DNA of 64,000 bases from Patescibacteria group bacterium. Lineage in GTDB: Bacteria > Patescibacteriota > Patescibacteriia > UM-FILTER-42-10. Below, in pieces: positions 51,458 to 59,048 of the stretch; within the stretch, counting starts at the first letter, position 1; every line of letters starts with the position of its first letter. Location: positions 584 through 64,583 of the forward strand of contig JBAYGC010000005.1 in NCBI GenBank assembly GCA_041666845.1, in the 5' to 3' direction. The position numbers and the translations under genes are program-made. The notes below the pieces were generated by a model that saw only the letters and a program-made list of their open reading frames with translations, did no database searches and was not told the origin of the DNA.

Positions 51458-51727
51458 ATGTCCAGCAAAAACAAGCGGAACATTCTCTACTTCAAGGCCA
51501 AGACCGTGCAGAAGCTCTATGAGCGCATGCAGGTCTGGCAGAAGAAGCACAACAAGCGCTTTCTTTCGATCAGCATCCAGAAAGACGGCGACATGTTCTG
51601 CTGTATCGCTCTGACCAATCCGAGCGAGGTGGTAATCACCAGCATGGATGGTAAGCGTCATGCTAATGTCTTGGATATTCCTAATGGACGGGATGGATCG
51701 GGATTTTTGCGTACTTCCAATGGTTAG
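51458..51727 (+). CDS. Hypothetical 89-aa protein in high-GC island
   Basis: Strong promoter TTGACA-16-TACTAT (51379-51410) and extended SD GGGAGAGGGGGTG. GC ~52%. Confidence 0.55.
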   Translation: MSSKNKRNILYFKAKTVQKLYERMQVWQKKHNKRFLSISIQKDGDMFCCIALTNPSEVVITSMDGKRHANVLDIPNGRDGSGFLRTSNG

Positions 51728-51773
51728 ATAAGAGGGTCTGTTTACATAGCAATAGATTCTCTTTTTTCTTTGA

Positions 51774-51803
51774 ATAAAAAAATCCGTCATTTTTTCATGA
51801 CGG
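51774..51803 (-). terminator. Intrinsic terminator for minus-strand gene 51817..52131
   Basis: CCGTCAT-TTTTTC-ATGACGG hairpin preceded on the + strand by AAAAAAA. Confidence 0.7.
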
Positions 51804-51816
51804 AAACGCCACAGAT

Positions 51817-52131
51817 CTAGAAGCCATAGGACCTATGGCGGAACGGGTAGTGCAATGGATTATAATCGTCGGAAGGGTCTCCCTTAAAGGGCGGGATGAC
51901 TTCGCGTTCGTACGGCTTGGGTGCGAGGTTCCCGGCCTTGCCACAGGCTGAGGGCGATTCGCGGATGATCTCCGCGCCGTGCTTGTCGTAGAGGACGCCG
52001 TGATCCCAGCGCCACGGCAGAGGGTGTGCCTCGATGGTGGCGGGCTTGAGCATCTTGCGACGGAGTTGCTTGCGCCGACCCTGAGCTGACCGGTCGCGAA
52101 GTTCAGGTTTGTTGTTCTTGTGCCTGGTCAT
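51817..52131 (-). CDS. Hypothetical 104-aa basic protein in high-GC island
   Basis: SD GGAGGGG 8 nt upstream of ATG. Arg/Lys-rich N-terminus. GC ~58%. Confidence 0.5.
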   Translation of the reverse strand: MTRHKNNKPELRDRSAQGRRKQLRRKMLKPATIEAHPLPWRWDHGVLYDKHGAEIIRESPSACGKAGNLAPKPYEREVIPPFKGDPSDDYNPLHYPFRHRSYGF

Positions 52132-52487
52132 TGCTTTTCCCCTCCGGTTATCTGAAACACAAAAACGACTGAAGAACGACTTGCTAATCCTAGTCCCGAC
52201 TATTTATTTTGTCAATAAAAAACACCTGAGCTGTTATGCAGAGGTGGCTTTTTTTGTTTTTTTAAGATCGTCCTTTTTGATATTATGAGTCAGGTATTGA
52301 CACTTGCGATTAACTGTGCTATATTTCCGCGTTCAATACTCTTAGATTAATGAGTCAATTACGGTTTTCTCTGCGCGTATTTTACTTAGAAATACTTACA
52401 GAGAAGACCATAACAAATGTGGTTTTCCTCTTTGCCGTGTTGGCGAGGAGAAAGCTTTCTCGAAAGAGGAGGCGAAGGAGCATTGTG

Positions 52488-52952
52488 ATGATCAACACGT
52501 TGCGTTCCGTGGCTCACCTGCAGCGGGAGATCGGCGACGATCTCTTCGAGGCGCTGGTAAGTTCGGATCACACGGAAGCGGTCCGGAGATTCGCCAAAAA
52601 GTTGGCGAAGATCTTGCCGACCAAGATCACGGTCGGCGGCAGAACATACGAGATTCTCCCCATCCTTCGGGAGGGGGAAGAGAGCGTCAAGGGCGACATT
52701 GTGGTCGCCCGTGCCAGGGAAATGAATGCCCATCTCGGCATAGACGACGGCGAGCATCTACTGGCCCACCGAGACGAGCTTCCCGCCGTCTTGCGCGGTC
52801 AGGGGATCGTCTTCGTCTTCACCGACTGGTGTCACCCCGAGGACCCTAAGTCTGTCGCCCGTGTCTATCATATCGGCGGCGACTGGACTCTGGGCTGGGA
52901 CGGGCTCCACTACGACTTCAGTGACGATACTCGGGTGCTCCGCCGCAAGTAA
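52488..52952 (+). CDS. Hypothetical 154-aa protein in high-GC island
   Basis: SD AAGGAG 7 nt upstream of ATG. The track ORF starts earlier but has no SD there. GC ~60%. Confidence 0.5.
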   Translation: MINTLRSVAHLQREIGDDLFEALVSSDHTEAVRRFAKKLAKILPTKITVGGRTYEILPILREGEESVKGDIVVARAREMNAHLGIDDGEHLLAHRDELPAVLRGQGIVFVFTDWCHPEDPKSVARVYHIGGDWTLGWDGLHYDFSDDTRVLRRK

Positions 52953-52959
52953 GGTGCTT

Positions 52960-53019
52960 AGACCCTCGGGATCAGGGAACTCAACAAATTCCTCGGTCCC
53001 TTGGGTCTCTTTTTATTTT
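52960..53019 (+). terminator. Intrinsic terminator (complex hairpin AGACCC...GGGTCT plus TCTTTTTATTTT)
   Basis: Directly after the stop at 52952. Confidence 0.65.
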
Positions 53020-53398
53020 ATCTGGCGGTTGTTAGAATATTTTCGGATAATAAATAAACAGTCCGCAGTTAGGACTTCGATTCTTTTTCTCAAAATATTC
53101 AGAATACCACGATAGCTCGCCGCGTTTTGAAGTAAAAAATACACGGAATTATCAGTTGTTTGGTGCGAGAGGATAGATATTCACTCATGCGTAATTAGTT
53201 AATTATGACTATCTGCAGAGCAAGCTCTGCACCTACGTTACTTATAAAATGAAATATCAAATTAATTAAGTGTAGGTGGCGAGCTTGTTCGCCTGGTTAC
53301 TATCTTTTAATCTCAACCACACTTCTTTTCACGACTATTTTTGTCAATAAAAAATGCACCAAACAAATGGTCTGGTGCGGGCGCTGATTCTATGTCAA

Positions 53399-53602
53399 TC
53401 AAGTGATGTGCCTAGTTATCCGCCGTGAGGATTGCCATTGCCACAAGCAGAACGCAGTGCCTATTGCCACGACAATGACTAAAAAGTGCAATAATGCCAC
53501 CAAGGCTCTGGATTCGGACCTACAGAAGAAAGCGATTATTCCCAGAGCAAAGATGGTACCGTCACCAATCCAGAAAAGCAGATCGTATATTCTCGCTTTC
53601 AT
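53399..53602 (-). CDS. Small 2-TM membrane protein
   Basis: 67 aa. GGGAG RBS. The upstream promoter is TTGACT-16-TATACT with a T-rich UP element. Confidence 0.45.
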   Translation of the reverse strand: MKARIYDLLFWIGDGTIFALGIIAFFCRSESRALVALLHFLVIVVAIGTAFCLWQWQSSRRITRHIT

Positions 53603-53726
53603 TTGTTCACTCCCTTATCAGGTGAAGAGCCATGGCTTGTACTAATACGTTTAGTATATTCTGGTTTTTGGTTAAGTCAATAAAAAAACTGTCAGAGTGG
53701 CAATTTGTGTTATTCAGATGGAATCT

Positions 53727-54185
53727 CTACCTGTAGAGACCCACTCTCTGATACCAGTGCGGTTTGGATACTGAATCGGGTTGCAATGTCTGATCTTCTT
53801 CACTGGATGTTATTATAATTGGATTAATATTAGTATCTGTATTTACCAAAAACTGAAATTCGCGCGCACCTTTGCCTAAATATGTTGAAACAATTGCAGT
53901 ATGATTTTCGCTGGATTCTACAAACGCATAACAATCAAATCCGGAATATCTAATGATAGGAATATTGAGATCAAAGCTGACCAGCGTACAAAATGGAACA
54001 CTTCCGCGCAAAACGATATTGTACATGCCAGGCTTCCGGTCTCCGGAATACTTCCATACAATCGCTTGGTTTGAATGCTGAACGAAATTTTTCACGAAGC
54101 TGAACTTTTTTAGCATCTCCTTGCCCAAAAAGACGGAGATTATCAGAAGTATTACAGCTAAGATTGAAATAATGGTGAGTGTCAT
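53727..54185 (-). CDS. Membrane-anchored hypothetical protein
   Basis: N-terminal TM, then a 130-aa soluble domain with no recognisable motifs. Confidence 0.45.
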   Translation of the reverse strand: MTLTIISILAVILLIISVFLGKEMLKKFSFVKNFVQHSNQAIVWKYSGDRKPGMYNIVLRGSVPFCTLVSFDLNIPIIRYSGFDCYAFVESSENHTAIVSTYLGKGAREFQFLVNTDTNINPIIITSSEEDQTLQPDSVSKPHWYQRVGLYR

Positions 54186-54197
54186 AGACGTTGTGAT

Positions 54198-54590
54198 TTA
54201 AAAATTACTGTCAACAAGAGTATTAATCTGATCTCTAATTTTTCGATGAAACTCTAAATCTGTTCCTGCCGCGTCTTCAACATCCCAAAAAATCATTTTT
54301 CCAGAATTAATTAAGTAATCGGGTAAATTTTCTTTCTTATCCATAATAATTATCTTATCAGCTTTGTTTACCATGTCAGGAGTCAATTGCTTTCGAATAT
54401 TGTTTGATAGATCAATATCCAGCTCTTTCATTACTTCAATCACATATTCATGAATTATGGTGCCGGATCGATCGCCCACCTGACTGCCTGCATCAAGAAC
54501 GATTAATTCTGGTTTTCTTTTTTTTAAAAAAGCGGCGGCCATTTGGCTGCGGCCGGTGTTTGATTTGCAAATGAATAATATTTTATCCAT
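54198..54590 (-). CDS. Low-molecular-weight protein-tyrosine-phosphatase / ArsC-type (LMW-PTP fold)
   Basis: P-loop C-X5-R-S: LFICKSNTGRSQMA. Confidence 0.75.
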   Translation of the reverse strand: MDKILFICKSNTGRSQMAAAFLKKRKPELIVLDAGSQVGDRSGTIIHEYVIEVMKELDIDLSNNIRKQLTPDMVNKADKIIIMDKKENLPDYLINSGKMIFWDVEDAAGTDLEFHRKIRDQINTLVDSNF

Positions 54591-54641
54591 GGTATAGAGT
54601 AATTATCGAATTTTTAACTTTCTCTCCAGTCATGAATCAAT

Positions 54642-55025
54642 TTATAAATTATCGTCAAGGAATTTTTTCAAGGCCACAATGTCCCTGGTGTCTTTATTAT
54701 AGTGAAATGTATTGATGCCGATTGACTGGGCGCTTTTTATCGCGTCTTCGTTATGTTCAAAATAAATCACATCATCTGTTTTGAGATTGAAATGTTTCAG
54801 CATGGTTTCATAGTATTTGGGATCGGTTTTTTCCGGATTATGTTTCAGCGTAAATACCTCGTACGGCATATTATCCAGGCCGAATATTTTCATTTGCTCG
54901 TCATTGGCGCCGGTCAGGATAATCTTCCTGTTCGGATATTGATCAAGCATTTCGTGCATAGCTTCATAAATACCCCCATCTTTGATCACAAACGTATTGA
55001 CTGCGTCCATTAGGATTGTTTTCAT
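54642..55025 (-). CDS. HAD-like hydrolase (short, degenerate motif I)
   Basis: ILMDAVNTFV at the N-terminus resembles HAD motif I with Asp1 only. Later GANDEQ is motif-IV-like. Confidence 0.45.
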   Translation of the reverse strand: MKTILMDAVNTFVIKDGGIYEAMHEMLDQYPNRKIILTGANDEQMKIFGLDNMPYEVFTLKHNPEKTDPKYYETMLKHFNLKTDDVIYFEHNEDAIKSAQSIGINTFHYNKDTRDIVALKKFLDDNL

Positions 55026-55029
55026 GGTT

Positions 55030-55515
55030 TTATGATTTAGATTTTAGATTATCGATAGCAAAAACTAATTGGGGAATTGACTGATTAATGTAATTAACAA
55101 TCTCCGCCATTCTACCGGGCTTCGATTTATTTGTGACGGGCGGAGAAATTATAATTGATGATTTCTCATTTTTATATAATTCATTAAAGAGTGGAATATC
55201 AAGATCAAAATTATTTTTCACATATTTCTGATGGTTGTCGGCCATCGCGATGACAATATCGTTTTTATCAAGCAAGTCTTTGGTTACTTGGATCCTTTTG
55301 TGTCCAGACGTATCAATTCCCATTTCCTTTAATATTTGAAAATGTTCCAGACTGAATGAGCTGGTATCGCTATTAGCGTTTGTACCGCAGGAAGATACTT
55401 CAATATCAAATCTGTTGTTTTTAGCCAGCCAGTCTTTCAGCAGATACTCGGCGATCAGGCTTCGGCCGAAATTATCACTGCACACAAATAATACTTTTAT
55501 TTTATTTTCTTTCAT
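55030..55515 (-). CDS. Low-molecular-weight protein-tyrosine-phosphatase family protein
   Basis: P-loop VLFVCSDNFGRSLIAE (C-X5-R-S). Confidence 0.75.
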   Translation of the reverse strand: MKENKIKVLFVCSDNFGRSLIAEYLLKDWLAKNNRFDIEVSSCGTNANSDTSSFSLEHFQILKEMGIDTSGHKRIQVTKDLLDKNDIVIAMADNHQKYVKNNFDLDIPLFNELYKNEKSSIIISPPVTNKSKPGRMAEIVNYINQSIPQLVFAIDNLKSKS

Positions 55516-55646
55516 AAAAATAGAATTGTATAATATAATGTAATAGTAACATTATAGATTTACCGTGGCAATTTACAAAAACAGCTCTTTTTAAAGCTGT
55601 CTTTTTAGCATACGCGCGTTGTGGGAAGTTTAAAAGATCATAATTA

Positions 55647-56336
55647 CTAGACATCTATTTTCTTTAAGTAAGGATATTCTATATCATTCCGCATTTTTAA
55701 AACAAAACTGAACTTATCAATGGCCATGCATAAGTCAAAGTCCCTGGCCGGCGCCCAATCTTTAGCATCATCGAAGAACTTTTGCGCACTTTTGTATTCT
55801 CGAAGATGATCAACTATTCGTTTAAAATCATTTACTTTTCCCTCTAGCTCGTTTTTGATGTATTTCGCACATAGGGTGTCTTCGTCTGCTATGTGAATAC
55901 CGGCGCTACCCATAGCTACCAGCGAAACAGTTTTAGGATTTTGGGAAATGATGTATTTAACAATCGCACCTGCGTTTAGGAAACTACCCGTAATGATTTC
56001 ATCAGCGTTCTTTGCCTGATCAATCCCTTGAGTACCCGCTGAGGTAGTCTGGACAATGATCATATCGGTGAAATCTATATGTTCAATCTGTGTGGGGGAA
56101 TTACCATGATCAAAATTTGGAGGTTTAATTCCTTTTCTTTCGCCAATCAGTATATAGCCCGGGTTACTTTGTTTTATCTTGTAGGCATTGTCGATATTCC
56201 CAACCGGAATAATTCGCTTCGCGCCATTATTAAAAACGTAGCATGCGGTAGAAAAGGCGCGAAATACGTCAATGATAACCGTTAATCCGGTAGCTTGCTG
56301 AGCGCCAGATACAAGTTCTAGAATTTTTATTTTCAT
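55647..56336 (-). CDS. comB: 2-phosphosulfolactate phosphatase (ComB) family protein
   Basis: VIDVFRAFSTACYVF matches the ComB family signature (V-I-D-V-x-R-A-t-t-T). Confidence 0.7.
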   Translation of the reverse strand: MKIKILELVSGAQQATGLTVIIDVFRAFSTACYVFNNGAKRIIPVGNIDNAYKIKQSNPGYILIGERKGIKPPNFDHGNSPTQIEHIDFTDMIIVQTTSAGTQGIDQAKNADEIITGSFLNAGAIVKYIISQNPKTVSLVAMGSAGIHIADEDTLCAKYIKNELEGKVNDFKRIVDHLREYKSAQKFFDDAKDWAPARDFDLCMAIDKFSFVLKMRNDIEYPYLKKIDV

Positions 56337-56433
56337 GAAATATTTTTTTAATTTCGTACAACAGGACAGGATATCCGGCGTCCCTTGTGATTATAAACAA
56401 ATGAACGAGGGGTTTGAGTGGGGCGAGTTAAAA

Positions 56434-57194
56434 TTATTTATTTTTGCTCATGCACAACAATGTTTTACCGGGTATCCGCAGGGGTTCTTTATATTTTGAT
56501 AATTCTATTTTTATTTTCTTTAAAAGTATTTCCTTGTGTTCTGTTTTCAAAGATGACACCCATGAAAATGTCTGAATTAACTTAAAATAATGAGATCTTG
56601 TGAATGAAGTAGTACGCGGGTATTGTTTCAAGACTACTCTTTTAAAGGACGGATCATCTCTGAAGATCTTAATAGTTCTATTAGCCGCGCCTGGTTTAAA
56701 ATCAGGACAATATTTTATATATAATTTTTCAATTTGTCGTAACATTTTCGATTTATCTTTATCGGTCAGGTTCCAAAAAACCGCCAAAGTCCCACCCTTT
56801 CTAAGTAATTTATGGGTTTTTTAAAACTCAGTTCCTGGTCAAGCCAGTGAAATGCTTGAGCGGAAAAAATCAAATCGAAATTCTTGGAAGGTAGCCTCGT
56901 TTTTTCAAATGAATTAATAATGTACTTAGTATCTTTATATTTTTTAAATTTATTTTTTGCAATAATAATCAACTTTTTGCTAATATCAAGCATCGTTAAT
57001 TTAAACCCCTTAGATAAAAAATATTCCGAAGCTAAACCCGAACCGGTGCCAATCTCTAGGATGTTTGATGATTCTTGTATTCCAGAATACAAAATTATGT
57101 CATCGATTAATTTTTGAGGATAATCCGGTCGGTACCTATCATAGCTTTTTGATACCGAATTAAATGAATTTCCTAATTTTGTGTTTGAGACCAT
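56434..57194 (-). pseudogene. Class I SAM-dependent methyltransferase split by a -1/+1 frameshift near an A6 run (~56790-56826)
   Basis: The upstream ORF carries motif I (LEIGTGSGLAS) and post-III (FHWLDQ...ERV). The downstream ORF continues in another frame with LRKGGTLAVFWN, the expected RVLKPGG-like motif. The fragments overlap by 22 nt and flank a GGGTTTTTTAAAA homopolymer. Confidence 0.6.
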
Positions 57195-57250
57195 TCATTT
57201 ATATAATTAATTTTAGTTCGTAAACCGGCAATCCGGTGTTGGGCAATGGT

Positions 57251-57616
57251 TTATAAATTTTCTAAAATGAGGATTATCTCTTCAATTAAAGAATCAGCTC
57301 TTTCTATATCGTCTTTAGTTGTTAAGCGATTTTTAAATTGCTCATCTTCATAATCTTGCTTAAACTGATTTATAATATTTGTTAATTCTTCATGATTGCC
57401 TCCAGAAAGAAGTGGTAGAATCCTTTGGTCTAATATAACAAATAATCCTGCCCACCAGTTTTTTCTAACTTTATAATTTTTATCTGGTGATACCCCGCAA
57501 AGGATCTCGTCAGGAATTTCAGATTTATAAGCATCTTTAAGGTAGTGCAATTGGTTTAGTGCTTCTGTAATATATTCATTTTTTTGGTCTCTATTTAATT
57601 GTGGTCCCTTTTCCAT
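57251..57616 (-). CDS. Hypothetical protein
   Basis: 121-aa ORF with host-like composition. Confidence 0.4.
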   Translation of the reverse strand: MEKGPQLNRDQKNEYITEALNQLHYLKDAYKSEIPDEILCGVSPDKNYKVRKNWWAGLFVILDQRILPLLSGGNHEELTNIINQFKQDYEDEQFKNRLTTKDDIERADSLIEEIILILENL

Positions 57617-57714
57617 TTTTATATTCGAAAACTTATAAAATTTCGCCTAGCAGTGTATTTACGCATCTGTTGACACTGTAGCCAACGTTAGCTAACAAGT
57701 AAAAATTTATCGTA

Positions 57715-58938
57715 TTACTTTTCAAACACAAATATTTCTCTCATCACTTTCTGTTCCGGGCGGGAATACAGATACCCGCCCCGGGAGCTTGCGTCGGTAT
57801 ACTTCTTTATTTTAAATCCCAGCTTGCTGATATCTTCCAGGATCGGAAGATAATACTCTTTATTGTCTTTTCTCATTACCGGGAAAATGATCACTATTTT
57901 TCCGTCCTCTTTGATCAAGTTTTGAAAATTGCGGAAGGATTCAATATATAACTTAGAAAGCTCTTTGATATTTTCCTGCAATTGCATTACCGATTCACTC
58001 CCACGAAGTGGCGGTCCCAAGAAAGGCTCGGCCACAATCGCGTCTACTTTGGTTTTTAATATTTTCGGCAAATTTCGCACGTCACTTTGGAATATTTGGT
58101 AATTTTTTTCGGAAAGATTTAATTCTGAAGTTAACCATTTCAAATTATTTGTGGTGTCACTAATCGCCCTGGGGCTGATATCAGCTCCGATTACTTTTTT
58201 TACTCCCAAAAGTAAAGCTTCCTGCAGAATTGTACCTGAACCGCAAAAAGGATCCAGTAATATCCCGTCCGACTTAATTTGTGACAGATTCACCATGATC
58301 CGGGCGACCTTCGGAGGGAGCATACCGGAACGCGGATCGGCGCTCGGTCGGCCGTAATCAAACTTGCCGAAGGATTTATAATCCTGAACGGCGATGGTCT
58401 TGCCGATGAATATTTTTTCTTTTTCAAAAAAAAGGCAGAGATCCGCTCCGCGTTCGATCAGTTTATTTTCGCCGACAATCACCGAGGAAAGCGTTTTGTC
58501 TTTGGCAGTCACGAAACGGGCATTATGACCTTTTCTTTTCAGCCCCATCTTGATCTGTATTCCGTTCCTGGTTACGTCTTTTTCAAACGAGTTGGAATAT
58601 GTTCCGCCGGTTTTATACAGGCTGAAACCGAATGTGATTTTCTGGTCAGTCTGCGGGAGGTATTTGTCGATTAACCGGTCAACGGTCAGAGTTTTGAAAA
58701 TTTGTTTATTATCTTCCACTTCGTCAATAATTTTCCCGATTTTAATCGTTCCGCCCAACCTGTCTATCAGATCTTTCGTTTGAAATTTATTGTCGCCGAA
58801 TATTTTGAAATCCAAAAACAAAACATCATCAACAATTTCCGGTATTCCGTATTCACCGGGTAATGTCGGCAATATTGATTCAATCTCCGCCCGGGACAGT
58901 TTGGGCGATCTGCCTAAAATAAAGAAATATTTGTGCAT
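57715..58938 (-). CDS. THUMP-associated RNA methyltransferase (RlmL/Trm14-like N2-guanine or N6-adenine class)
   Basis: SAM motif I DPFCGSGTILQEALLLG. Upstream PSADPRSGMLPPKVARIMVNLS resembles the conserved pre-motif of THUMP MTases. The N-terminal ~150 aa are a non-catalytic domain. Confidence 0.6.
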   Translation of the reverse strand: MHKYFFILGRSPKLSRAEIESILPTLPGEYGIPEIVDDVLFLDFKIFGDNKFQTKDLIDRLGGTIKIGKIIDEVEDNKQIFKTLTVDRLIDKYLPQTDQKITFGFSLYKTGGTYSNSFEKDVTRNGIQIKMGLKRKGHNARFVTAKDKTLSSVIVGENKLIERGADLCLFFEKEKIFIGKTIAVQDYKSFGKFDYGRPSADPRSGMLPPKVARIMVNLSQIKSDGILLDPFCGSGTILQEALLLGVKKVIGADISPRAISDTTNNLKWLTSELNLSEKNYQIFQSDVRNLPKILKTKVDAIVAEPFLGPPLRGSESVMQLQENIKELSKLYIESFRNFQNLIKEDGKIVIIFPVMRKDNKEYYLPILEDISKLGFKIKKYTDASSRGGYLYSRPEQKVMREIFVFEK

Positions 58939-59048
58939 ATCTGTATTATAAAGCACCCACTGTTTATGGCAAACCCCTTGATGCTTGACCTTACATTAAA
59001 ATTCATGTATACTGTTATCCATTGATTAAATTTTAACAATATTCCAGC

